The notes beneath the pieces were generated by a model. It worked only from the letters and a program-made list of their open reading frames with translations. It did not search any database and was not told the DNA's origin. From assembly GCF_028641065.1 (NCBI RefSeq), contig NC_073411.1, forward strand, positions 13,950,001-14,014,000: a stretch of 64,000 nucleotides of DNA, in the 5' to 3' direction. Within the stretch, counting starts at the first letter, position 1, and the number at the start of each line of letters is the position of its first letter. Both the position numbers and the translations under genes were made by a program. Shown piece after piece: positions 26,820 to 40,275 of this stretch. This DNA is from Leucoraja erinacea (Eukaryota).

Positions 26820-27410
26820 ATGTTAGCTTCTTGCAATAATAATGCATGTGCCTTGTTTGCTACTATCGACAGGCTAACAAACCCTCCTGTGTCAGTAGCC
26901 TCTGACCTTCTTTCCACCAGGGCCTGCAATGAATTTACCTCCTTCACTGACAACATTCAGAAAATGAGGCAAGCAGTCAGTGCCTCCATATCAGGTACAG
27001 TGTGTGTCGTCCCTGTGTCCATGTAAAGCCAATTTATATACCACGACACAATTTTGTGCAATCAACCATAAAAACCTGGAGGACATGATACAACATCTGA
27101 AATCCTCCCCCTGCGGCCTTGATATTCTGCCAACAGGATTAAAAAAAAATGTTTCAAATTATTTGGCCTCAGATCTACTACAAATTGTAAACACATCTCT
27201 TCTCTCAGGTGTCTTCCCAAAGGCACTGAAAACTGCAGTCATTAAGGCACTCTTAAAAAAGAACAATCTAAACATGTCACTAATGTCTTATTCTATTTTA
27301 GCTTGTTTTTATTTTTCTATTCTTTTTAATTGCTTTTTAATGCTTTGTGTAAAGCACTTTGAATTGCCTTGTTGCCGAATTGTGCTATAATAATAAACTT
27401 GCTTGCTTGC
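26820..27410 (+). mobile_element. Internally deleted L2-clade LINE fragment with 3' tail
   Basis: ORF2-like LFATIDRLTNPP...LDILPT...LLQIVNTSLLSGVFPKALKTAVIK; tail TGTAAAGCACTTTGAATTGCC...TGTGCTATA...AATAAACTTGCTTGC. Confidence 0.7.
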
Positions 27411-27427
27411 AAAGGGATCATTCTTAC

Positions 27428-27524
27428 CTGCGAGTGTGCTGCCGAGAGCCATGGTGCCAAAATAGGAGAAGGGTCCGGTCTCAAACCTCATGTCTTCCTT
27501 CCCAGCCTCGGTCTCCACCTTGCC
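27428..27524 (-). CDS. CNNM4: CNNM4 exon 5
   Basis: [32 protein letters not shown]; ccatAG| and G|GTAAGA; 97 nt. Confidence 0.94.
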
Positions 27525-28742
27525 CTATGGAGCAGGAAGGAACAGTTAAATAGGACACGGACTGGATCGATCACACAACCATAGTTCATGTTTAACCTAA
27601 TGCTATTAGACATCGTGGGGTCCAGAGAAACACTGTAGACTCCCAAGATGATTCCATCCAACTGGCATACCAGTACGCCACCTCCTCTGTGGTTATAGAC
27701 ACAAAATGCTAGAGTAACTCAGCGGGTGAGGCAGCATCTGGAGATGCTGCCTCACCTGCTGAGTTACTCCAGCATTTTGTGTCTACCTTTGATATTATCC
27801 AGCATCTTCAGTTCTTTCTTACACATCTTCTGTGGTTGTGTCTATCTCACCAAGGGGGACTGCACCTACCCAGCCCTTATGATGAGCGAGCCTTTTGCAT
27901 CACCCATCGGTGGGAACGGTTGCGGGGTCTATTACCGACCATCTCCCCCCCTCACACCCCTCAAATGGAAGCAGTTGGCTTCCCATTCTCCCAGGAGCAA
28001 GAAAGCAGGAGAAGTCAGTAGAAGTTCATAGGAGCAGAATTAGGTCATTCGGCCCATCGAGTCTACTCCACCATTCAATCAAGGCTGATCCATCTTTCCC
28101 TCTCAAGCCCATTCTCCTGCCTTCTCCCCAGAACCTTTGACACCCGCACTAAACAAGGAGGCCAGGTGGTGCAGCAGCTGCTGTCTACTCTACATACCTA
28201 CGCTAGTTATACCTGGTGTTGTTTCAAATGAGGAGTTACCAAAAGACAAGAGTGAGAATGTTACTTTTTTTTGTTAACTTAAAGAATGAAATTAATTTTA
28301 GTGCCATTCAGTGTTTTTGGTCATTTATTTTTAAAGAGTTTAACATATTTAATAATTTAATGACAGAAGTTCCAGTATGCACTTGGAGGCATTGCTTAAC
28401 CTATTTTCTAACTCCTTTGGCCTATTGGACCTAGTAATTGCCACCAGTATTTGCCATCAAGGGAGGGGGGGAGAAAGCTGAATCTTGCTCTATCAGCCCT
28501 ACTGAGTATCAGCCATGACAAACATGTTTCCCACAGTACTGTAAATAGCATGAGATACCCTCAGATGCTTCACAGTCGCTATACCCACACAAGGCATGGG
28601 AGGAAGTAAGTCAGTCAATGAGTCATTAGGCTGGGAATCATATCTGACTGAGTCATGTCTCTGGGCCAAGCGACCACTCAAGTAAAGCAGTCGGCTGCTG
28701 CAGATTGTGAATTGGGAGGTACTTCAGGAAAGGAAGCCTTAC

Positions 28743-28912
28743 CTGTAGAATAAGGATAAAGTAATCAACCGCTTTGCCTCGCGTGTAGAGATAGTGGTCA
28801 GGACAATGCTTGTTGTCCTCTTCATATTTGATCTCGTTAATGACGTCGGGATGTTTAAGGAGGCGCAGTAGAATCTTCTCCGAAATATTTGCAGCATTAA
28901 ATTGAATGATCT
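28743..28912 (-). CDS. CNNM4: CNNM4 exon 4
   Basis: [57 protein letters not shown]; ctcctCAG| and |GTAAGG; 170 nt. Confidence 0.94.
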
Positions 28913-30877
28913 CTGAGGAGGAGGGCAGAAGAGATTAGTTGGAGTAAACCATTGGAGTGCGGTGCTGGGTTGCAGTGTGTACAACATGAATACTTGAAGC
29001 ACAGAAGCCTACACTCAATGTATTTCTGCACCCTCTTGCCATGCCTTCAATGTGTGGTACAAGAGTGTGATTCACCAGCCCTCCTTTGGGCTGGGGGATG
29101 GGGGACAGTGGAGTTCATGCTACCTGTCCCTCTACCCCACTTCCTGGGCTGGACTGATTGGGTTCTAGCCTTTGCTATTGGAGGAATGGGATGACATTCT
29201 CCAGACTCTCTTTGCAAATCCACTCTGTGAAGAGGTGGTCAACTATCTCCTCTCCATAGCAATCACCAATAGCAGGGCAGACTGCACATGCAGCAAGATT
29301 CCAACGGTGGAGGAAGGATCCGACTGGGAGGGTCACCATCACCGCCAGCCAAGCCAGATCTTGGTGCTTGTTTGCGAGTTCTGACTATGAGACATAGTCT
29401 CGCCAGACAACCTCGGCAGTCTGCTCAGGGAACCTCGCCACAGGGTCCATCAAGTCCCTGCCCTACAGTGCTGACCATTGCCTGAGAGACCTGTGGTCAA
29501 TGGTGCTAGTCCTGAAGAACGTTTCCACGAAGGACAGATGGTGCAGCAGTGTCCAGCTAACTGGTTGGACAGCTGTTCACCCCCCCTCTTTCCCCCTGGG
29601 AGATGGGCTGGAATGGGGAACACTCACTCACTACCTCTCACAGCCGGTTAGGGCGGGATCACCACACTGTCACCACACTGAATGAACCGTCCAGCCCTAT
29701 GATGCAGTTTTTATATCATTCCCTTTCCACAAAGTCCAGACGCCTTCTGTTGCCTTTGGTTTCCGCTGCTCTTTTGACCAGTTTTGTTTCAGTCTTGTGA
29801 TCTTGATGGTAAACAAGTCCATCATAAGCAAACTTGGTGCTGACTCATCGCTGCCACGAGACCAGTGGGATAATCATCTATTCTTATTCAAGTCTTCAAC
29901 AATAGTCCCCAACAGGAAAACAATACCTTCTGAGCATCCATCAAGGTTCACCACAGCTCCACCTCCCCAGTTTAAAGATGTATGAGGCAAGTTTTTTTAA
30001 ACATAGACTGATGGGTGCATGGAATGTGCTGCCAGGGCTGGTGGCTGAGGCAGATACAATAGGGGCATTTGAGAGACTTTTAGATAAGCAGATAGATGTG
30101 GTAGGATGTGGATCATATGCAGGCAGTCAGAATCTTTTTCCCGGGATGGAATTTTCAAAATACCAAAGGGCATAGCTTTAAATTGGGAAGGGGACATTTT
30201 AAGGAGATGTGTGGGGCAAGCTATTTATTTATTTATTTATCTACCTATCTATTTATTTATTTATTTTTTACACAGTGTGGTAGATGCCTAGAAAGCATTT
30301 CCAGAAGTGGTGGTGGAGGCAGATATAATAGTGGCATTTAAGCGTTTTTAGCAAGGCTCATGGTTATGCAGGGACTGGAGGGATATGGATCATGTGCGGG
30401 CAATAGGGAGTGATTAGACAGCGAATAACATGAAGCTTGCAAAATGTCATATTTCACCAACCAGCAGCGTGGCGTGTTCGACATACCCCGCTGATGACAG
30501 CACATGCACAGCACAGAGAAAACTTGACAGCAAGAAAAAGGCCAACTTGTTTCATCAACAAAATCTTCAACTCATGCAAGTTACCAGCTAAATCCCAAGG
30601 CAGCAATTGTGCTATTTCCTCCCCTCCACAGTTCGAGACAGACAAGATGGGTAATTAACTGGCTCCCTGTAATTAAGAATTACAGGGTGACTTGCGGCTG
30701 ACTGCGCTCACTGAAACCATCTATCTAACTAACATGGCACCACCCAAGATGTGCTTTTCATAGCTAGGGGCTAGGGGCTGACGGCCAAAACAAAGTCATT
30801 CACAGCAGGAGTTTGGTTCACATCATCCAGTCCAAACCCACCTCAAATTTTAAATTCTCACTGTTGCTCACAGGTTA

Positions 30878-31590
30878 TAGGAGTAGAATTAGGCCATTCG
30901 GCCCATCGGGTCTATTCCTCCATTCAGTCATGGCTGATCTCTGCCTCCTAAACCCATTTTTCCTGCCTTCTCCCCATAACACCCATTCTAATCAAAAATA
31001 TCTCTGCTTTAAAAATATCCACTGACTTGGCCTCCACAGCCCTCTGTGGCAATGAGTTCCACAGGTTAACTACCCTCTGACTAAAGAAGTTCCTCCTCAC
31101 CTCCTTTCTAAAAGAGTGCCTTTTAATTTTGAGGCCAAGATCTCTGGTCTGAGACTCTCCCACCAATGGATACATCCTTTACACATCCATTCTATTTATG
31201 CCTTTCATTATTCTGTACGTTTCAATGAGGTTCTCCCTCAACCTTCTAAACTCCAGCGAGTAGAGGCCCAGTGCTGTCAAACGCTCATCATATGCTAACC
31301 CACTCATTCCTGGAATCAATCTTGTAAACCTCCTCTGGACCTCTCCAGAACCAGCACATTCTTCCTCAGATATGGGGCTCAAATTTGCTCACAGTTTGCT
31401 AAATGCTGCCTTTACATCTGTTTTTGTACTCCAGTCCTCTTGATAAAAATCCTAGCGTTGAATTTGCCTTCCTTACTACTAATTCGACTTGCAAATGAAC
31501 TTTTTGCGAGTCCTGCACCAGCACTCCCAAGTCCCTTTGCACCTCTGATTTCTGGATTCACATTTAGAAAACAATCTACGCCTTTATTCT
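30878..31590 (-). mobile_element. CR1-type LINE fragment
   Basis: VQRRFTRLIPGMSGLAYDERLTALGLYSLEFRRL...FFSQRVVNLWNSLP. Confidence 0.8.
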
Positions 31591-31599
31591 TTCACCAAA

Positions 31600-31990
31600 T
31601 GGTGCCAGCACAATAACCTGGCTCTCAATATCAGTAAAACCAATGAACTGATTGTGGACTTTGGAAGAGGAAGGATGAGGACCTTTTTATATCATGGTGG
31701 AGAGAGTCAAATACTTCAAATTCCTGGGCGTGCATATTTCCAAAGATATTTACTGGATCCTGCACATGGATGCAATTATAAAGAAAGCACACCTCTACTT
31801 CCTGCGAAGATTACAGACATTCGGTATGTCAGAGAGGATTCTCTGATAGGTGTACAGTAGAGAGCATATTGACTGGTTGCATCGTGGCTTAGTTCAGCAA
31901 CTTGAACACCCAGGAGCAAATAAGACTGCAAAACGTTGTGTACACTGCCCAGTCCATCACCAGCTCTGACCACCCCACCATTGACAGTGT
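31600..31990 (+). mobile_element. Rex1/Babar-like LINE RT fragment
   Basis: WCQHNNLALNISKTNELIVDF-like segment; related decayed pieces at about 46300-46830, 56510-56960 and 57770-58140. Confidence 0.6.
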
Positions 31991-32076
31991 ACAGGCACAT
32001 TATAAAGGGGATAACATGAATAATGTTTAGTGCAAGATAAAGCCAGGAAACTTGGCACAAAGAACCAACTTCTCAC

Positions 32077-32214
32077 CTGTGGATAGGAAGCGATGAGCAG
32101 CAAGGAGCAGCTGAGGGGACACCTTAACTTGAACCTCATTAACCGTCGGCTTGAAGGCAGAAAAGTCCCTTTTCTTGTTATAGTGAACAGTCTTCATTCT
32201 TGATCTATTGTCAG
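32077..32214 (-). CDS. CNNM4: CNNM4 exon 3
   Basis: [46 protein letters not shown]; ttttAG| and G|GTGAGA; 138 nt. Confidence 0.94.
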
Positions 32215-33041
32215 CTAAAAACGAGAGAGTTTAGTTTAGTCTACAGATACTCTTCTGCCCACCAGGTCCATGCCAACCATTCATCACATATTCACACTAG
32301 TTCTGTGTTATCCCGCTTTTGTATGCACTCCCTACACACTCGGGGCAATTTACAGAGGCCAATTAAACCCACACAGAGAACGTGCAAACTTCACAGAGAC
32401 AGCACCCGAGGTCAGGATCAAACCCTGGTGCAGTCTCAGTCTCCGTGCCATCCGGTGAGCATGCATAACAAGATACTACTTAACCAAGCATGCCTGTTCC
32501 TCACAGTATAGGGGCCCTTTGGCCCACTATGCCTGCACCGAACATGATGCCAAGACCAACTTTTATCTCCCTGAATATAATCCACATCATTCCATTCCCA
32601 TGTGCTAGCTAAGACTCTTAAATTCCACCTATTTAAGAGGGACCTCATTTTTTTTCCCCCCACTCAGGGGCCAGTCTGTACCTGGCATGAGCTGCCAGAG
32701 AAAGGAATAGAAGCAGATTAAATTATAACTTTTAAAAGTCATTTGAATAGACTTGAATACGACAAGTTTAGTTTAGATGGGAAAGGTTTAGAGGGTTATG
32801 GGCCAAATGCAGACCGATAAGATTAGCCCAATATGCCAACTTGGCCGGCATAGACAATATGGACCAAGTGGCCTATTTCCGTGCTGTATATTTGGATACA
32901 AAACTTAATGGAAATCAGAAGGTCCCTCTCCATGTAGTTCTTTAGGCCTGGGAGGTGTGAAAATATCAAATCCGAGACTGAACAATTTACATGAGAGTCA
33001 ATAGGTTTTTGGAATAAAGTGTTATGGATAGAGTTAAGAAA

Positions 33042-33269
33042 GAACTGCAGATGCTGGAAAATTCGAAGGTGGACAAAATTGCTCGGGAAACTCAGCGGGT
33101 GAGGCAGCATCTATGGAGCGAAGGAATAGGTGGCGTTAAGGGTCGAGACCTTGTCTATGGAGCGAAGGAATAGGTGACATTACAAGGTCTCGACCCGAAA
33201 GGTCACCTATTCCTTCGTTCCATAGATGCTGCCTCACCCGCGGAGTTTCTCCAGCATTATTGTCTACCT
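33042..33269. mobile_element. Penelope-derived fold-back element with 17-bp TSD
   Basis: TSD TGGATAGAGTTAAGAAA at 33025-33041 and 33270-33286; inverted arms of the same family. Confidence 0.75.
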
Positions 33270-33347
33270 TGGATAGAGTTAAGAAACTGTCGGACTTCCA
33301 ACTGAATGATGGAATGTGACAACTTTGCTGCATTCTAATATGTATCA

Positions 33348-33515
<168 letters not shown>

Positions 33516-34304
33516 TCATTAAAAATAAGCACAAATCATAAAAAATACATTGAAACAGAAAAGGAACATAAGAACAGATAACATCAATTTCAATTCCATC
33601 ATTTGCAATGTTCAGTGTTTTCTGAGTCATTCGTAATGGTCACTGTTTGTCATGTTGTTACTTGTGGGCGGAGCACCAAGGCAAATTCCTTCTATGTGAA
33701 TACTTGGCCAATAAACTTACTTACAAAGGAAAGCTTTTGTTACTTTTCTTAAACACACTCTTCTCAAGCATTGCCCTGATTCGAGGACAGTGCTGTATCA
33801 CAACTCACAGCGCTGCTGCCTCAGGAGGCTGAGGGGTGATCATACAGAGGTGTATAAAATCATGAGGGGAATAGACAGGTTGAATGCATTCCCCAATCAC
33901 AGGGAAATCATTGTTTGTCGCCCCATGGTTGGGGAAATCGTGTATTAGGGACATAGGTTTAATGTGAGAGGCGAAAGATTTCATAGAAAGCAAATGGCCA
34001 CCTCTTTCACACAAAGGGTTGTGGATCAATAGAACAAGCTGCCAGAGGACATAGTTGAGGCAGGTACCATAACAACATTTGAAGGACACTAGGACAGGTA
34101 CTTTGATCAGAAAGGTTTACAGGGATATGTGCCAAACACACAAATGGAACTAGCTTGGATGGAACATCTTGGTCAGCACTGACAAATTGTCCTGTTTCCA
34201 TGCTGTTCTACAACTCACAGCATCCTGCCCTGAATGTGTAGATGAATGATAATCTGGGTTGGGGGGGGGAGAAGTTAACGGGAGTGTGTGGAGAAATGTG
34301 TAGG

Positions 34305-34596
34305 AGGCACAGTAACGCAGCGATAGAGTTGCTGCCTTACAGATCCAGAGACCCGGGTTCAATCATGACCTCGGGTGCTCTCTGTCCGGAGTTTGTACGT
34401 TCTGTGACAATGTGGGATTTCTCTAGGTGCTCCCATTTCCTCCCACACTCCAAAGACGTGCAGGTCTGTAGGTTAGTTTGCTTCTGTAAATTGTCCCTAG
34501 TGTGAAGACAGAACTAGTGTATGAGTGACCGTTGGTCAGCGGGACTCGGTGGGCCGAAGGGCCTGTTTCCTCGTTGTATCTCTAAACTAAACTAAA
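34305..34596 (+). mobile_element. tRNA-derived V-SINE (HE1-like), near full length
   Basis: GGCACAGTAACGCAGCGATAGAG...GGGTTCAATC...V-domain...CTAAACTAAACTAAA tail. Confidence 0.75.
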
Positions 34597-35744
34597 AGCG
34601 AACAGTTTTATTGTTGGCACAGACTTAGTTTGTGTATATATACACACACTGAACTTTTTTTCTCCCGTTGTGTACTATGTTTACATATTCTATTCTGCAG
34701 CAAGTAAGAATTTCATTGTTCTGTCTGGGACATATGTCAATAAAACACTCTTGACTCAAGGGATTCTATTTCTAGTTACAAGAGTAAAGTTCCCTTTTAG
34801 TTTGCAGTTTCACCATATGCTGCTGGGATGGAGGTTCAGTTTGCCATTCCATGAACAAGTTGATGGAACAGCAGTCCATGTCTGCAGATCCCCCCACTAA
34901 GGGATGGGTGTATTGCCTCCAGCAAAGCAGCTGTCCATTTGCTTCCATCCCTCTGCACTCTCCCTACTGTGCTCAATTACTTTGAATTAAAGTTACCATT
35001 GAATCTGCTGCTCCCACCCTGCACTCTAGATCACAACAGATTGGCACATAAAAATATCTCAACTTACTACTGGTTCATGCCAATTATCTTAAATTGGTAC
35101 CTTCTGGTTATTAACCTTCTTACCAGAAGGAACAGTTTCTCCTTATCATCATAACTATTTATATTAAGTCTCCTTTAACTATCCCTGGCTCCAAAGAAAA
35201 GCCCCTGCTTCTCTGCTCTCTAATCTCTCACCAATGGTTATGATAGCCCAAATCATCCTTTGGCCCCAGTTTCACATTCTGCAATGACGACAGTTTTCTA
35301 GTTTCCAATCAAGATGATTTCATTCCCACATAACTTCCATTTTCAGAACTCAATTACATGTTGCTGTTGAATACCGACTTATTACAAGAGTATATGTGTC
35401 TGCAATTAATTGGGAAAATTGGTGACCTCATGGACCATGAGGATCGGTTCATGGACGGCAAATTAAAAGTGCAACTAGTGTTGTTGCCACGAGCCAGCTT
35501 GATATAGGACCTCAGTCCTAAATTTAAACCTTAAATAACAGTGTTCGCATACAACAAATACCATCTGCCTCTACATCTCACTAGACAATCATGCACAAAA
35601 ACTAGGTTGTCTTTGACTAGTTTTACCTCTCATCTGATCAGTTTATGCCTTTATACACTGCCTCAAATCCATGCAACCAGGGCGCTGGTTTCATTCAGGA
35701 TCAAATGAGATCTTCCTGCATTGTTGAAGAAAATCATTGCTACA

Positions 35745-36400
35745 GCATAGCAAAGTGTACAGTAATGCATTTTGGTAGTAGGAATAGAGGCATAAACTAT
35801 TTTCTAAATGGGGAGAAGATTCAGAAATTGGAGATGCAATGGGAATGCTGGTGCAGGATTCCCAAAATGCCCATTTGCAAGTTGAATCGGTAGTAAGGAA
35901 AGGAAATGCAATGTTAGCATTTATATCAAGAGACTAGAATATAAAAACTGGGGCGTAATGCCGATGTCAGCCCGCATTTGGAGTATTGTAAGCAGTTCTG
36001 GGCACAATATTAGAGGAGAGATGTACCGGCTTTGGAGAGGGTCCAGAGGAGGTCTATGAGAATGATTCCAGGAATGATTAAGTTAACATATGATGAGCGT
36101 TTGATGGCTCTGGGCCTGTACTCACTGGAGTTAAGAAGGATGAGGCAGGACCTCATTGAATCTTACTGATGAGTGAAAGGCCTGGATAGAGTGGATATGG
36201 AGAGGATGCTTCCACTAGTGAGAGAGTCTTGTAACAGAGGGCACAGCTTCAGAATAAAAGGACACACTTTTAGAAAGGAGACGAGGAGGAGTTTCTTTGG
36301 TCAGAGGTTTGTGAATCTGTGGAATTTATTGCCACAGACAGCTGTGGACGCCAAGTCATTGGGAATTTTTAAGAAGAGATTAACAGTTTCTTAATAGGTA
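35745..36400 (+). mobile_element. CR1-type LINE fragment
   Basis: KCTVMHFGSRN...; RGHSFRIKG...FFGQRFVNLWNLLP. Confidence 0.75.
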
Positions 36401-37106
36401 AAGCCACCAACTTTCAAAGAGTAGATCCAGCTTTGCCTCCTCCTGTGTTGGGCCCTGTACAAATTATCTTCAAGATTCAAAGTTCGTAAAAATATAGAGT
36501 CTTAACCTGGCCTTAACGGCCCATTGTTCTCCAATCAATCTCAACGCTCATTCTCTGTTGTAAATGGTACTGGGCCAGATTCCCAGAGTGGGGAGAGAGT
36601 CACAAGGGACAGAAGATGCTATCTCCAACTAGAGAACACAGACAGTTTCCTTGCTTTGTTGTACAGACAAAGTCCAGCGTTCCTTTTCTTCTGGTTGCAC
36701 AGTCAACACAGTGGAGTTTCGCAATCTAACGCTATCAGATTTGTAATTGGAGAGGAACGGAATGGCAGATGGTACCACATGTAAACAAACCAAGGGCACT
36801 GTGAGATACATTCCACCCTCCCCCCCTAAAAAAAACTGAAAATGTAATGGAAAGAAAGTATTGCCAATGAAGGTTTGCCAATGATGTTTGCTGCATCAGA
36901 AAAATAGAAATAAATGCCCTTAGACATTCAAAAGGGCAACTGAATCAGAGCACATGCAAAGGAATAAATAATTTATAGTGCTTCAGGGAAGGAGAAGAAT
37001 GGGATTAATTGTTGTCTTTTTCAAGGAATGTTCAGGGCTAATGGGTGAAATGGCATATTTCCATGACTTGATATTAAGAACTTAGCCAGATAGTCTAAGT
37101 GACCAT

Positions 37107-37340
37107 GTGTTTAAGAAGGAACTGCAGATGCTGGAGAATCGAAGGTTACACAAAAAAGCTGGAGAAACTCAGCGGGTGCAGCAGCATCTATGGAGCGAAG
37201 GAAATAGGCAACGTTTCGGGCCGAAACCCTTCTTCATTTCTTCACTGGAGTCTGAAGAAGGGTTTCGGCCCGAAACATTGCCTATTTCCTTCGCTCCATA
37301 GATGCTGCTGCACCCGCTGAGTTTCTCCAGTTTTTTTGTG
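37107..37340. mobile_element. Penelope-derived fold-back element with 16-bp TSD
   Basis: TSD TAGTCTAAGTGACCAT at 37091-37106 and 37341-37356; long inverted arms with CTGAAGAAGGG...CCCGAAAC core. Confidence 0.8.
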
Positions 37341-39810
37341 TAGTCTAAGTGACCATCATTGACTTCTGTGTATACTTGTCCAGTCAAAAATCAGCAGTGA
37401 AATCTAGTCCAACAACAGCTTAAAGTATTACAGATAAATGACTTAACTTGCAAATCCAATTTTAAGTATACATTTTTAATGTTACCATACAAGGAGAAAT
37501 TCAATTTTCATTGATATAGAGGGACCACATTCAAAGCATTTTTTTAAATGTACTTCATGTAACTTTCCGTCGCATGCAACACAGGTATGCCATCGATGGC
37601 ACGTTGATCTCTCAGTAACAGAGACATCCTCTGTTTCCTTTGACACAGAGGTAGTCAGTTGCACATGCAGCAGTCTGAACAACAAGCTCCACTTTGTACA
37701 GGGGGTCTATTCCAGTGCTAATTACCACTGACGTGGCTAGTGTCTCAGAACTGTCTAAAAATCTGTTGTGATTAAAGATGGTTAGATTCCTTCTAAATGA
37801 ACGGTGGTTCTTTTCTCACAGGAAGGAAATCCGAGAGAGAGGATACTCCTCCCCATACATGGTCACAAGGCACTTACTTATAAATGTTGGGGCTATTACA
37901 GAACAGTGCTCTTGTCGAAGGTAAGACACAAAATGCTAGAGTAACTCAGCGGGTCAGGCAGCATCTCTGGAGAGATGCTTCTCTCCTTCTCTCCAGTGAT
38001 GCTGCCTGACCCCAAGTTACTCCAGCATTTTGTGTTTACCTTCAATTTAAACCAGCATCTGCAGTTCTTTCCTGCACACAGTGCTCCTATCTACTGTGTA
38101 GACGTGTATATGATTATGCACGCCTATACCTGAGAGAAAGTGTAGAGGGAGCTTTAGTCTGCATTCTGTTTATCCCACCCCAGCCCTGGAGCAGTTGAGG
38201 GAACTCTAATGTGTACTTAACCAAACTGTCTGAACCAGGAATGTTTGATGTTCAGCATAAAGAGAGATTCATGGGCAGAGTGGGGGAGCTGTGCAGCTGC
38301 TGCTTTACAGCGCCAGAGACTTGGGTTCGATTCTGACCTCGGGTGCTGGCCGCAAGGAGTTTGTACGTTTGTCCGTGACTGCGTGGATTTTCTCCAGTTG
38401 CTCTGGTTTCCTCCGACATTCCAAAGACGTTCAGATTTGTAGATCAATTGGCTCCTATAAATTGAAGCTAGCTTGTAGGATAGAACTAGGACATGGGTGA
38501 TCATTAGTCGGCACGGATTTGGAAGGCCAAAGGGCCATATACCATGTCGTATCGCTAATCTAAAACAAAACTATATTATTGATTATTGTATATTTATTGT
38601 GCATTATTGCATTAATGGGCCTGTAAAGCTGCAGCAAGCAAGAATTTAATTGTGGAGACACAAGGAACTGCAGATGCTAGAACTCAGCAGGTCAGGTCAT
38701 CTAAATTGTGACCCCAAATCACATAGAACATATTACCACTTGCAGCAGACTTCCAGGATAGAGGACAACTTGCTTTCATTGTTCAGTAGCTTCCGAGGTT
38801 TAGTTTAATTTAGTTAAGGGATACAGCCTGGGCACTGACCCTTCAGCCCACACCAGCCATCGATCACCTGTACACTAGTTCCATGTTACCTCACTTTTGC
38901 ATCCTACACACTTGGGGCAATCCACAAACACCAATTACCCCGCAAACCTGCACATCCGCGGAATATTGTAGGAAACGGAGCACCCGGAGTCACAGGGAGA
39001 ACGTACAAACTCCGTACAGACAGCACCTGTAGTCAGGATTGAACCCAGATCTCTGGCGCTGTGAGGCAGCAGCTCTACCAGACGCGCCACTGTGCCGCTA
39101 AAGAAAGAACCATCAGGGAGGGAGAGAGTTGAGTGAAGAAACCAAGGTTGCAACTGTTGGTTTTGCCTCACAGGGGGCAAGAGATGTTTGGTGAGACAGG
39201 ACTGGGTAGTATCCTACATTGCAATATTTCATTGGCTCAGGAATATCCTGAATTCATGAGAAACACTGCACAAAGCCTTTTGTTTTCTTAATTACCTTAT
39301 GAGCATTCATGTCCACAGCCCAGGTAGCAGCTAGTGGTCACAGCTCATTGCTCACGAGGTATTGATATTGTGGATAATTACACTTGTTTATCCACAGGGT
39401 ACAAATGCATGTGTGGGGGGGTGGGAATAGAAATACCTACTTAATAACCTTTGAAAGGTCGTCTAACAGGCTTGTTTCTGTCCTCCAACAGCAGCTGTCA
39501 AGAAGCAACCACTTCACTGTGGTTCAGAAAGACGGACAGATTTCCACCTCCAAGTATTCTTCATATTCAGAACAACTTGCTTCCACTCCTGTTTTGTGGG
39601 TTGTGAGCTGGCCAGGGTAGCTGTGCGAACTACAGTCAGGGTATGTGTTGGTAAGCAGGGTGAGTGGGTGGTTAATTGACAAGGTGACTTGTACCTTCTG
39701 CCACTCACTGTATGATCCCAAAGCACGGTCTCTAGCTTCTCAACACCATCACAGGTGGTCCATAAAGCGTTTGGTACATTGGCCTCCATCAATCAGGGTA
39801 TGTAGTATAG

Positions 39811-40275
39811 ACATAGAAACATAGAAAATAGGTGCAGAAGTAGGTCATTCGGCCCTTCGAGCCTGCACCGCCATTCGATATGATCATGGCTGAACATCCA
39901 ACTTAGTATCCCATCCCTGCCTTCTCTCCATACCCCCTGATCCCTTTAGCCTCAAGGGCCACATCTAACCCCCTCTTAAATATAGCCAATGAACTGGCCT
40001 CAACTATCTTCTGTGGCAGAGAATTCCACAGATTCACCACTCCCCGTGTAAAAAACTATTTTCTCATCTCGGTCCTAAAAGACTTCCCTTTTATCCTTAA
40101 ACTGTGACCCCTAGTTCTGGACTTCCCCAACATCGGGAATAATCTTCCTGCATCTAGCCTGTCCAACCCGTTAAGAATTTTGTAAGTTTCTATAAGATCC
40201 CCCGTCAATCTTCTAAATTCTAGTGAGTACAAGCCTAGTCTATCCAGTCTTTCTTCATATGAAAGTCCTGCCATC
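39811..40275 (-). mobile_element. CR1/HER1-like LINE 3' end
   Basis: GLSYEERLDRLGLYSLEFRRL.GDLIETYKI...RTRGHSLRI and the microsatellite tail. Confidence 0.85.

Noticed and set aside
34305-34375. tRNA-like A/B boxes here and in similar copies
   Set aside because: SINE heads, not tRNA genes
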